A stretch of DNA of 23,183 bases from Promethearchaeota archaeon. GTDB taxonomy: Archaea > Asgardarchaeota > Lokiarchaeia > Sigyniarchaeales > SOKP01. Made by a program: the position numbers and the translations under genes. Within the stretch, counting starts at the first letter, position 1. Every line of letters starts with the position of its first letter. Under the pieces are notes generated by a model. That model was not told the DNA's origin and did no database searches. It worked only from the letters and a program-made list of their open reading frames with translations. This document shows positions 1 through 9,319 of the stretch, one piece after another. Location: NCBI GenBank assembly GCA_048941265.1, contig JBHLNT010000061.1:1-23183 (forward strand). Direction: 5' to 3'.

Positions 1-257
1 ATTAAAGAACGAAGTTATTAAAATATGATTTAACCTATGAAAAGCGCGTCCTTATGCGCGCCAAGGCCACTGCCAACGGAAATAAAATAGTTTTACAGTT
101 GACATGTATTATATCATATTTTAAGTTTTATGAGAAAAATAAAGATAAATAGTATTTATATCTTTTCTATTTCATGCAATGATTTACTTCTTTTTAGTTC
201 TGAAGTCACTAGAATGAAAAATCCTACCTTAAATCCTTTTTTTAGAAAAGTGAAAAT

Positions 258-1568
258 TTATTCTAACTCTATAAAATCAGATTGAATTTGTAACATTTCA
301 TCTAAAATTTTTTCTGCTTGGGTATAACTATCGACTACAGGATCTGCGAGGAGAGCTTGCAATGCTTTATTTTTGGATTTTGTAAGTACTGCTTCCACAA
401 CAAGATCTTGTACTGTAGCCTGATTTCTCAGAAGTCCTGCCAAACCCTTGGGATATTCTCCTAGCTCTACAGCATGAAGTCCATCTTTATTGACCATAGC
501 GGGACACTCTACTACGAGATCACGAGGAAGATTAGGAATGACACCACCATTTGGTAAATTCACTGATGCTTCCCTGTAGTTTGCATCAGTTAAAATCTCT
601 TCAATAATAGGGATTGCTCGTTCATCATCAGGTTTTACCAATTTCGCCCCCTTTCCTTTTTGAATCAATTTCATTATTTTATTCCTAGTGTAATCAATAC
701 TTGCCATGTACATGTCTTTAAAATTTTTAATACCGCCCATATCTGCGATTTCCCATGCCCAATGTATATATTCTCCATAATGGCTATCCGTTGTATACGG
801 AATATAACCATATTTTTCCAAGATATAGATCATAATATTATGACCATCCATAGTTCTTATCGATCGAAGATGTTTTGGACCTTTCTTACGAATTTCTGGA
901 TAAGCATCCTTTCCAGTATCTTTATACTTTATATCTAAAATAACACCAAAGTGATTTAAACCTCCTGCTAAAATCTCCAAATTTGTGAGAGGAGTATCTA
1001 GAATTCTACTTATGATTAATTCATGATCTTGATATTCATGACAAAGACCGACAAATTTAAGTGAAGGAAATTTTCGCTTGATTGCTAGACAGATTCTGCT
1101 CATAGGATTGGAAAAATTTATGAAAAGCGCATTAGGGCAAATTTTTTTCACATCCTCACAAATTTCTAGAATTGGAGGAATTACTCTTAAACAATGGAAG
1201 AGCGCCCCAGGACCTCCATTCTCCCCAAAAACTTGCCTGTTTCCAAATTTCCGAGGAATTTCATAGTCTTGATCCCATAGCTCAAATCTGGGAGCCACTT
1301 CTATTGAATTAATAATAAAAGTTGCATTTTTCAAAGCAACAGTACGGTTAGTTGTAGATTCTAATGTGAAATCTAAGTTTCTCTCATCAATTGCCGCCTC
1401 GCAAGCTTGATTAATCAAATCAAGCGATTCTGCATTTATATCGTGAAGTGAGATAGTAGAACCCTCTAAAACCTTGCTATTTAAAACACAGCCTGCAGCT
1501 CCCAGACCAAATTGTAAGGAACCTGCTCCAATCAATACGATTTTTTCTTTATCCCCCATACTTTCCAT
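258..1568 (-). CDS. Glycoside hydrolase family 4 (NAD+/Mn2+-dependent alpha-glycosidase, MelA/alpha-glucosidase-like)
   Basis: N-terminal Rossmann motif IVLIGAGS, plus GENGGPGALF, NFSNP, GLCH and GGLNHF motifs typical of GH4; C-terminal ALQALLADP. The second Met (MGDKEK) may be the true start. Confidence 0.92.
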   Translation of the reverse strand: MESMGDKEKIVLIGAGSLQFGLGAAGCVLNSKVLEGSTISLHDINAESLDLINQACEAAIDERNLDFTLESTTNRTVALKNATFIINSIEVAPRFELWDQDYEIPRKFGNRQVFGENGGPGALFHCLRVIPPILEICEDVKKICPNALFINFSNPMSRICLAIKRKFPSLKFVGLCHEYQDHELIISRILDTPLTNLEILAGGLNHFGVILDIKYKDTGKDAYPEIRKKGPKHLRSIRTMDGHNIMIYILEKYGYIPYTTDSHYGEYIHWAWEIADMGGIKNFKDMYMASIDYTRNKIMKLIQKGKGAKLVKPDDERAIPIIEEILTDANYREASVNLPNGGVIPNLPRDLVVECPAMVNKDGLHAVELGEYPKGLAGLLRNQATVQDLVVEAVLTKSKNKALQALLADPVVDSYTQAEKILDEMLQIQSDFIELE

Positions 1569-1776
1569 AATTTAAAAATTGATACAAAGCTTTTTTATTT
1601 TTATATTTTTGCTCCAATTTCTCAAGAATCATATGGCATTAGAATTTGTATTAACTAATCAATCATTAACTAATTTTCCAGAATTTATATGAATAATTTT
1701 AAATAGTGCAAAATTCTAATGTAGTATATTAATTTTTATCAAACTCAATAAAAACTCTACAAATAAGTAATAAATA

Positions 1777-3513
1777 ATGACACAAAAAGTGAACGAAAGT
1801 CCTTATGCGTCAAAGATATGGTTAAAATCATATGATGATTATGTAAAACCAGAAATTGAATTTACCATCAATTCGATTGATCAAGCCTTTAAAGAGACAG
1901 CTCGTAAATACCCTGATACCCTCTGCTACGATTTTCAAGGAACTTGTGCAACTTTTCAGGAAGCTGAAAAATACGTAAATAGTTTCGCGAATTTTCTGGT
2001 AGAGAATGGAATAAAGAAAGGGGATACAATAGCAGTAAATCTTCCTAACACTCCTCAATATATTATTGCCTTATTTGGAACGTTTTATGCTGGATGCGCA
2101 TCTACAGGAATAAATTTCCTTTTAAGTGCAAATGAAGTTGTCTATCAATTAAAAGATAGTGAAGCAAAAGTAATTGTAACTATGGATTCTTTTTACGAAG
2201 AAAAGATAAGAGAGGCATTAGCTACGGGAGAAACTGAGGTAGAAATCGTAGTTACTACTAATGTTGCTGATTTGATAGACTTAGAACCAAAAATGAAAGA
2301 ACAGCTTATAAACATCGGAAAAATCCCAATCGGCAAAGTAGAACCTGTTGAGGGTATAAAGTATTTCACTTTCAATGATATTCTCTCGAAATATAAGAGT
2401 GATAAGTCTCCTGATATTAAATTCAATACTGAAGAGGATGTTTTATTGCTTCAATATACAGGAGGAACTACCGGACCCCCTAAGGGTGCTATTTTAACTC
2501 ATAGAAATTTAAGCTGTATGATACAAATCGTTGAACATTGGTTCGGACCGGCTGTTAATCCTGGAGATTATTATATTTCCGGATTTCCTTTCTTTCATTT
2601 AGCTGGGTTGCAATTTTGTATTCAATCAGTTTTCAGTGGGGCAGGACAAATTTTAGTCGCCGATCCCCGTGATACAAACTATATTGCTAATAAAATGAAG
2701 GAATATCAAGGAAAAATCACACTGATGTATAATGTATCGACGTTATATATCATGCTTATGTCTAATCGAAGGTTTAAAAAACTGGACTTTAGTGCCATAA
2801 ATGGCTTTATTTCAGGAGCGGCTCCTTTTCCTTCTCAAGCTATAATTGAATTTGAAGAATTAGTTGGTAAAAGCAAGCTTATTGAAGCCTATGGAATGAC
2901 AGAAGCATCTCCCGGCGTCACGATGAACCCATTTTTGGGACCAAAAAAAGTGGGGACCGTTGGCGTCCCGTTTCCAAGTACGGAGGTTAAGCTTATAGAT
3001 GTAACTAATAGAGAAAAAGAGGTTCCTATTGGTGAAGCAGGTGAAATTGCCATAAGAGGTCCACAGGTTTTTAAGGGATACTGGAAAAAGCCAGAAGAAA
3101 CTGAAAATGCACTCGTTGATGGGTGGTTTTACTCTGGAGACGTGGGTATTATGGATGAGGATGGATATATTACTATAGTAGATCGCACAAAAGACATGAT
3201 AATTGTTGGTGGATATAAAGTGTTCAGTGTAGAAGTTGACGATAAGATAAATAAACATCCTGCGATCGAGCTTGCATCCACTGTAGGAGTCCCTAATCCA
3301 GATCGCCCTGGCTCCGAATTTGTAAAGCTATATGTGCTTTTGAAGAAAGGATACGAAGCCTCAGAAGAAACTAAGAATGATATCTTAAACTATGCTAAAG
3401 ATAATTTGGCTAACTATAAGGTTCCTAAATATATTGAATTCGTCCAAGAGATGCCTCTGACTTCAGTTGGGAAAGTAGACAAAAAAGTTCTTAGGAATAT
3501 GAAATTTTCTTAG
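1777..3513 (+). CDS. fadD: Long-chain fatty-acid--CoA ligase (AMP-forming, FadD-like)
   Basis: AMP-binding motif LQYTGGTTGPPKG, YGMTE, GWFYSGD, DRTKDMII.GG and C-terminal PLTSVGKVDK. Its 3' end overlaps the convergent gene by 4 nt. Confidence 0.92.
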   Translation: MTQKVNESPYASKIWLKSYDDYVKPEIEFTINSIDQAFKETARKYPDTLCYDFQGTCATFQEAEKYVNSFANFLVENGIKKGDTIAVNLPNTPQYIIALFGTFYAGCASTGINFLLSANEVVYQLKDSEAKVIVTMDSFYEEKIREALATGETEVEIVVTTNVADLIDLEPKMKEQLINIGKIPIGKVEPVEGIKYFTFNDILSKYKSDKSPDIKFNTEEDVLLLQYTGGTTGPPKGAILTHRNLSCMIQIVEHWFGPAVNPGDYYISGFPFFHLAGLQFCIQSVFSGAGQILVADPRDTNYIANKMKEYQGKITLMYNVSTLYIMLMSNRRFKKLDFSAINGFISGAAPFPSQAIIEFEELVGKSKLIEAYGMTEASPGVTMNPFLGPKKVGTVGVPFPSTEVKLIDVTNREKEVPIGEAGEIAIRGPQVFKGYWKKPEETENALVDGWFYSGDVGIMDEDGYITIVDRTKDMIIVGGYKVFSVEVDDKINKHPAIELASTVGVPNPDRPGSEFVKLYVLLKKGYEASEETKNDILNYAKDNLANYKVPKYIEFVQEMPLTSVGKVDKKVLRNMKFS

Positions 3514-4112
3514 CTTGAATTTATATTTCCTTCGAAATACCTTGTATAGACATTATAATACATAATCAAAACTAAAGTAAAATGTATTAATACACATGGG
3601 ATTAAACCTAATGTTAATAGAATATAACCGTTGAATAATCCCAACAAAAAAGAATTCCCGAGATATATTAGCAAGATTCTTAGGTTCTTAAACCTAAACC
3701 AAATATGAATATGATAAAGTGAAAATGCAATACTTGAGATAAAAATAGCACTAAGGATATTAAGGCCTCCTTGATTCAACAGAAGTCCAATCATATAATA
3801 TCTAAAAATTAGTTCCTCTAATAATATAATCATCGGTAAAAAAATCCATATAATCTCCTTATGATTCTTACTAATCATAGCATGAATTACATCTTGTTTT
3901 TTAATTGCTTCAAAACTTTGAGGATCATAACCATAAACTACTATTAATTTATTTATAAGAAGCAATATAACTAAACCTAAAATGAAATTGAAAATGACGA
4001 ATAATGTAAATTCCCTTATGAGGAAATATTCCAAATAAATCCCAAAAAACATAGGGATAATCAAAATAACACACGCTAATGCGATTATTAAATATTTTCT
4101 CATTATTTCCAT
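3510..4112 (-). CDS. CPBP (Abi/CAAX-protease-like) intramembrane glutamic endopeptidase
   Basis: Multi-pass hydrophobic protein with EELIFR (EExxxR), FSLYH (FxxxH) and a C-terminal H motif (LIHF). Confidence 0.85.
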   Translation of the reverse strand: MEIMRKYLIIALACVILIIPMFFGIYLEYFLIREFTLFVIFNFILGLVILLLINKLIVVYGYDPQSFEAIKKQDVIHAMISKNHKEIIWIFLPMIILLEELIFRYYMIGLLLNQGGLNILSAIFISSIAFSLYHIHIWFRFKNLRILLIYLGNSFLLGLFNGYILLTLGLIPCVLIHFTLVLIMYYNVYTRYFEGNINSS

Positions 4113-4236
4113 TATTTTTTGTATTAAATAAGCACTATTCTCGAGTATCCTTTAAGAATAATTAACATAATTTTAAAAAGGATTAATATATCTTTAATTC
4201 AATTTTTTATAGGAAATAATCCTTTTGTGATGTAAA

Positions 4237-4944
4237 ATGCAATTTGGGCTAATTGAAATATTACAAGGTAGTTTTAGTCTAGCATATGTTATAATATCTG
4301 TTATCATAGGTGTAAAAATTATTCTTAAATATTTTGAACATAAAACCACGCAACTTCTTCTTGTTGGTACTACATGGATTGGTTTATCCACTCCCTGGTG
4401 GCCTGATTCAATAAATCTAATTTTAGTTCTTACTACAAATTCCGTTCTCAGTGCAGAGGCTAATTTTATCATTGGAACCTCAACAATGCCTTTTTTTCTC
4501 TTAGTATGGCTAAAGGCGTTTACTAATTTAGTTTATACGGAAAAACAGAAAATAATTTTGATTATATTCTTCATTATTGGTATTATCTTTGAAATAATTT
4601 TCTTTTATTTCCTCTTTACACAACCAAATCTAATCGGAACGTTTAAGACACCTTTTCAAGTTGTATATGGACTCTATATTGAGGTTCTTTTAGTTATTTT
4701 TCTACTTGTCGTTTTAATCACGGGAATCTTATTTGGTAAACAATCTTTAAGATCAGATAACCCCGAAGTCAAATTAAAAGGGAAATTTCTCATCATAGCT
4801 TTTATCCTTTTCACCATAGGTGCTTTTTTAGATTCAATTGTACCAGAATTATTCATACTTGCTAGGATTGTATTAGATATAAGTGCTTTATTGTTTTATT
4901 TTGGATTTATGCTACCCGATTGGCTTAAAGAAAGACTTTTATAA
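4237..4944 (+). CDS. Stand-alone 7-TM membrane protein (paralog family copy 1)
   Basis: Seven hydrophobic segments; shares LKYF, VGxTW, SxxWW, ITGI, LKGK, FTxxAxxD and GFxLPD with 19649..20380 and 20495..21229. Confidence 0.85.
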   Translation: MQFGLIEILQGSFSLAYVIISVIIGVKIILKYFEHKTTQLLLVGTTWIGLSTPWWPDSINLILVLTTNSVLSAEANFIIGTSTMPFFLLVWLKAFTNLVYTEKQKIILIIFFIIGIIFEIIFFYFLFTQPNLIGTFKTPFQVVYGLYIEVLLVIFLLVVLITGILFGKQSLRSDNPEVKLKGKFLIIAFILFTIGAFLDSIVPELFILARIVLDISALLFYFGFMLPDWLKERLL

Positions 4945-5005
4945 TCAAGGAAATTAATCCCACTTTTTTTTTTCCTAAATGGAAACAATTATTAAAATCA
5001 ATATG

Positions 5006-5025
5006 AATTACTAAAAATATACTAC
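5006..5025 (-). promoter_or_regulatory. Putative HxlR-family operator, copy 1 (autoregulatory position)
   Basis: Minus strand reads GTAGTATA-TTTTTA-GTAATT, immediately before the GGAGG RBS (5027-5031) of the HxlR gene; matches the site at 5531-5550. Confidence 0.5.
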
Positions 5026-5038
5026 TGGAGGATTAAAA

Positions 5039-5473
5039 ATGGATATTGATGAAATTACAAAAGAAATTGAACAATATCAGCCATTAAAAGAAATACATAA
5101 GAAAGGTAAAGAGATTGGTAGGTATTTATTAGATAAATTTTTCAGTGAAATCCCATACACAAAAGAACGAAAAAGATGGGAATTAAGATTTTTTTTCAAA
5201 AATATTGAATTTATTACGAAAAAATGGGTTTTAGAAATAATTTGGGAGTTAGAAACTTATAAAGGTTCCAATTTTAATGAATTAAAGCGAGCAATTAAGG
5301 GAATATCTTCCCGTATTTTATCAATTCGTTTAAAAGAGCTAGAAAAAACGGAAATAATTTCACGAACAGTGCAAAATTCTCATCCTCCAAAAGTGTTTTA
5401 TCAATTGAGTGAAAAAGGAAAAGGTTTTGTAGAACTCATGGTAATTATTATTCTTTATCTAAACTACTCTTAA
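5039..5473 (+). CDS. HxlR-family winged-helix transcriptional regulator
   Basis: KKWVLEII..L, FNELKRAIKGISSRILSIRLKELE, PPKVFYQLSEKG signature; GGAGG RBS 7 nt upstream of ATG. Confidence 0.92.
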   Translation: MDIDEITKEIEQYQPLKEIHKKGKEIGRYLLDKFFSEIPYTKERKRWELRFFFKNIEFITKKWVLEIIWELETYKGSNFNELKRAIKGISSRILSIRLKELEKTEIISRTVQNSHPPKVFYQLSEKGKGFVELMVIIILYLNYS

Positions 5474-5530
5474 TCTCTTTTTCTCTTAAATAAATTGAAA
5501 TTAAAGATGGAAAGTTAAAATTATAAAATG

Positions 5531-5550
5531 GTAGTATAAAAAATGTAACT
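5531..5550 (+). promoter_or_regulatory. Putative HxlR-family operator, copy 2 (upstream of oxidoreductase operon)
   Basis: GTAGTATA-AAAAAT-GTAACT, an imperfect palindrome about 100 bp upstream of the 5652 start, with the same arms and spacing as 5006-5025. Confidence 0.5.
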
Positions 5551-5651
5551 ATCTTAATTTCAAAATACTAATTAATTTATATTCTATCTGATTAAATTTA
5601 AACTAAATAAGTCTAAAATTTGTAAAAAAAACAAGTAAATGTGAATATAAA

Positions 5652-7169
5652 ATGACAGAAATATATCAAAAGTTAGAAAATATAGTAACAAAAAAATTTA
5701 TCTCGAATAGCCCCATTGTTCGGCATGCTTACTCGAGAGTAGTTGATCCTGTTTTACAAGGGATTCCTGATATTGTTATTCGACCTAAAGATGCGAAAGA
5801 AATTTCTGAAATCCTTAAAATTGCGAATGAAGAAAATGTCAATGTTGTCCCTCGTGGAGGTGGTGATGATGAATTCGGTGGAAGTAAACCTATAGGAGAC
5901 GGAGGAATTGTACTTGATATGAAACGTATGGACAATGTTTTAAATTTGGATGAAGATAATTTAATTGTTACCGTGGAAGCTGGAATTTCATGGGGGAAAT
6001 TGAATGAATATTTATGCCATTTTGATCTTTATACGGGTTGTATGGGGCCTGGTTCTGGAATGACGGCATCTGTGGGAGGTGGAATCTCTCATCAGTCTGT
6101 TGGAGGAGGTGGGTGTGCAAAATATGGAGCATGTACCAATCAATTAGTTTCTTTAGAAGTGGTCTTGCCAACAGGAGAGATAATTGAGACAGGCTCTCAA
6201 GCAAATAGATTTTCTCAAACTCCATTTAATAGATTTGGCAATGGACCAGATTTGGCTGGCCTTTTTTGCGGGGATAATGGAATAATGGGCGTGAAAACTA
6301 AAGTTTCATTACAAATATTTCCTAGACCACCATTCGCTGGTTATAAGACATTTTTATTACCAAGAAAAGACAGACAAGTCTCTTCTCAGATTATGTTAGA
6401 CGTGAGACGCAAAGGAATTGATGTTTACGATTTATTTTATATGATGGATATTATAGTTCGATTAGGATGCGAATTTGGAATGTTACCTTTATGGGAACAA
6501 TTAAAGAAAAAAAGAGGTATTATGTTTTATACAGTTGAAGCAAATTCTGAAGCAGAATTAGATGAAAAAATGAAACAATTAGATGAGATAATCGTAAATA
6601 ACAATAAATGTGAAGCTTTAGGTTCAGAAATTTCAGATGGAAACATCGCTAAATGGCATTATGAGGAACAGGGACACTGGCAGATATATCATAATTTATG
6701 GGGCATAGTTCCTGCTCTTGAACCATTATCATGTGAATGTTTCACACCAATTAATATGTATCCGAAATATCTCGATGAAATTGACCAATGGGATATGAAA
6801 CATTCTGAGGATATGAATGTATTCATGAAAGTAACTGGTCAACGCCCTATTAGTGGAAGTGGCCCAATATTTTTAATTGATGGTAATAATGTAGAGTTGA
6901 CTTGTGGATATACAAGTTTTCCAAGTTATTATAATGGAGAGATTCATAAGGAATTTGATGAGATCAATCTTAGGCTATGGAAATCTTTCATGGAAATGGT
7001 AACAAAATGGGGTGCACAATGGTACATGATGGGCCAAATGGCATCTCAAATGATGGCTGAACTTGAAGCTTATTTACCAGATTATTATAAAACATTGAAA
7101 GCAATTAAGAAAATGCTTGACCCAAAATGCATTTTAAGTCGAGGTAAATTTAATTTCTGGGAGGATTAA
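5652..7169 (+). CDS. FAD-binding oxidoreductase, VAO/PCMH family (GlcD/D-lactate dehydrogenase-like)
   Basis: PDIVIRP, VVPRGGG, GIVLDMKRMD, VEAGI, SVGG, LEVVLPTGEII, GPDLAGLF.G..GIMGV, and C-terminal IKKMLDPKCILSRGK. Confidence 0.9.
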   Translation: MTEIYQKLENIVTKKFISNSPIVRHAYSRVVDPVLQGIPDIVIRPKDAKEISEILKIANEENVNVVPRGGGDDEFGGSKPIGDGGIVLDMKRMDNVLNLDEDNLIVTVEAGISWGKLNEYLCHFDLYTGCMGPGSGMTASVGGGISHQSVGGGGCAKYGACTNQLVSLEVVLPTGEIIETGSQANRFSQTPFNRFGNGPDLAGLFCGDNGIMGVKTKVSLQIFPRPPFAGYKTFLLPRKDRQVSSQIMLDVRRKGIDVYDLFYMMDIIVRLGCEFGMLPLWEQLKKKRGIMFYTVEANSEAELDEKMKQLDEIIVNNNKCEALGSEISDGNIAKWHYEEQGHWQIYHNLWGIVPALEPLSCECFTPINMYPKYLDEIDQWDMKHSEDMNVFMKVTGQRPISGSGPIFLIDGNNVELTCGYTSFPSYYNGEIHKEFDEINLRLWKSFMEMVTKWGAQWYMMGQMASQMMAELEAYLPDYYKTLKAIKKMLDPKCILSRGKFNFWED

Positions 7170-7173
7170 AAAA

Positions 7174-8409
7174 ATGACTGAATTAAAAAATCTTAAAGAA
7201 GAATGGAAAGCAATAATTTCCTGTATGGGTTGTGGAGATTGTGGCTTTTCTATAAGACGTGCTGTTGGACGATATTTAACATGTCCCGTAAAAGAGTCAA
7301 AGGGAGATGAGGCATTTGAGATTTATTTTTCACGCGGAAGAATGAATGTACTTAAGAGTGTGTTAGAGGGTAAACTACCGTTGAGCAGAGAATTGGCTGA
7401 ATTTGCCTATCAATGCACGGAATGTGCTAATTGCACTGAAGTTTGTCATGAAACTCATAATGAGAATATTGTTCTTAACACTTCGAAATGGATCGATCAT
7501 TATAAAGTGTGGGACGCTCTGAGAAAAGATTTAGTTGAGGCGGGATTTGCTCCTCTCGACAGACATAGAGATTTAGTAGATTATATGAATGATGACTCCA
7601 TGAAAAATCCGTATGGAGAGGATTTTGCGAAAAAATTTGAATGGGCATCAGAATTTCCAAATATAAAGGATAAAGGAGATTTAGTCTTCTTTGCTGGATG
7701 TACTATGCCGTTGCGACAACAAGATACATTAAAAAATATGATGAGCATTCTTATTGCAGCTGGAATGGAGATGGCCCTATCAAAAGAGGAATGGTGTTGC
7801 GGTTCAATTGGAGCTCGTATTGGCGAATACAAATCCGTTGATAAGCTTATGAAGCATAATATTGATCTTTTTAAGAATATGGGAGCGAAAACAGTATTTA
7901 CGGCATGCGCGGGATGTTATAGAACTTTAAAGAAAGATTATCCTGAAATATTAGGAGAAGAATTACCATTTGAAGTGAAACATATAACAGAAATACTTAT
8001 TGATCTTCTAAACAATAATCAAGTTCCATTTAAACCCAAAGAGGGTGAAAAATTAAAAGTAACTTACCACGATCCCTGTCATTTAGGACGTCATATGGAT
8101 CTATACGAAATACCAAGAGAAGTAGTTGCTAAAATCCCCGGAGTTGAATTAATTGAAATGAAGAGAAATCGGAAGCATGCGTGGTGCTGTGGAGCGGGAG
8201 GAGGTGTTAAAAGTCAATTTCCTGATTTAGCAAAAGATATATCAAAAGAACGGATTAGAGAAGCGGTAGAATCTGGTGCAGACATATTAACAACCAGTTG
8301 TCCGTTTTGCATAGGAAATTTCAAGGATGCATATGAAGAAATGGAACCTGAAATTAAAGAAAAAATTCAGGTAATTGACGTAATAGATTTTATTGCTTCA
8401 AAAATCTAA
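7174..8409 (+). CDS. Fe-S oxidoreductase with CCG domains (GlcF/HdrD-like)
   Basis: N-terminal CMGCGDC...CP and CTECANCTEVC ferredoxin-like motifs; FFAGC, EWCCG, TACAGC, YHDPCHLGR, WCCGAGGG, TSCPFC. Starts 4 nt after the upstream stop, so the two genes are probably an operon. Confidence 0.92.
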   Translation: MTELKNLKEEWKAIISCMGCGDCGFSIRRAVGRYLTCPVKESKGDEAFEIYFSRGRMNVLKSVLEGKLPLSRELAEFAYQCTECANCTEVCHETHNENIVLNTSKWIDHYKVWDALRKDLVEAGFAPLDRHRDLVDYMNDDSMKNPYGEDFAKKFEWASEFPNIKDKGDLVFFAGCTMPLRQQDTLKNMMSILIAAGMEMALSKEEWCCGSIGARIGEYKSVDKLMKHNIDLFKNMGAKTVFTACAGCYRTLKKDYPEILGEELPFEVKHITEILIDLLNNNQVPFKPKEGEKLKVTYHDPCHLGRHMDLYEIPREVVAKIPGVELIEMKRNRKHAWCCGAGGGVKSQFPDLAKDISKERIREAVESGADILTTSCPFCIGNFKDAYEEMEPEIKEKIQVIDVIDFIASKI

Positions 8410-8411
8410 GA

Positions 8412-8423
8412 TTTTTTTTTTTT
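8412..8423 (+). terminator. Oligo-T archaeal-type terminator
   Basis: Run of 12 T starting 3 nt after the stop codon of the Fe-S gene. Confidence 0.55.
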
Positions 8424-8578
8424 AAATTAAATTTGTGTAAATCCAACTTAAGTACTTAGCAATATTCAAAAAGCCCATAAGTTTTTACGTATCTCTAAAA
8501 ACTTTTAAATTCAAATTTCTAAAGATAGATTTCAATTATAAAAGAAAAAATTAAAAAATAATCCATATTTTCTACGAT

Positions 8579-9247
8579 ATGGAAAATATGGAGATATATT
8601 TGCAACCGACTAAATTCTTCGATTTTAATAAATCTAAAGTTAAGCAAAGAGCTTTAGATATTACTGAAAATTTTGATTCTGATAAGGAAAAAGCAAAAGC
8701 ATTGTTTTATTGGGTTAGGGATACTATCAAATATAATATGCAATTATTCGTCCCAATTATTGTCAACAACTTTAAAGCAAGCAAAGTTATGCAAAAGCGT
8801 CAAGGATTTTGCGTTTCAAAAAGTATATTATTATCCACCTTAGCCAGAGCTGTTGGAATTCCTGCTAGGATACATCTAGTTGATTTAATTAATCATTTAG
8901 TTTCTCAAAAGGTAATCGATTTCATGGGCACGGACGTCATGTTTTATCATGGGTTCTCTGAGTTCTTTCTTGATAATAAATGGGTAAAATTAACTCCATC
9001 GTTTGATCAAGACACTGCCATAAGAGGGGGCTTTTTACCGATGGTAGAATTTGATGGTAATAATGATGCAGTTTTTCCCCCTTATGATATTAACGGCAAA
9101 AAATTTGGGGAATATGTTGGAGACCGGGGAGTCCATGCTGACTTACCATTGGATGAAATTGATAAAGTTTTTCGAGAGAAATATGAAATGTATAGAATGT
9201 TTCTCAATGGTTCTGTGAAATTAGATGATAATGGGAAATTAATATAA
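8579..9247 (+). CDS. Transglutaminase-like (papain-fold) cysteine enzyme, tandem copy 1
   Basis: YLQPT.FFDF, LFYWVRD.IKY, GFCVSKS (catalytic Cys), RAVGIPAR, FYHG (His), WVKLTPSF. Confidence 0.88.
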   Translation: MENMEIYLQPTKFFDFNKSKVKQRALDITENFDSDKEKAKALFYWVRDTIKYNMQLFVPIIVNNFKASKVMQKRQGFCVSKSILLSTLARAVGIPARIHLVDLINHLVSQKVIDFMGTDVMFYHGFSEFFLDNKWVKLTPSFDQDTAIRGGFLPMVEFDGNNDAVFPPYDINGKKFGEYVGDRGVHADLPLDEIDKVFREKYEMYRMFLNGSVKLDDNGKLI

Positions 9248-9319
9248 AATTTTAATTTTAATTTTTTATGTTATTTTTTTAAGAAAAAAATTTTAAAACT
9301 CTATTTATTTTTCTTACTC

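Noticed and set aside
4237-4944. 7-TM family as microbial rhodopsins or schizorhodopsins
   Set aside because: No retinal-binding Lys in helix 7 and no RYxxW helix-3 motif in any of the three copies.
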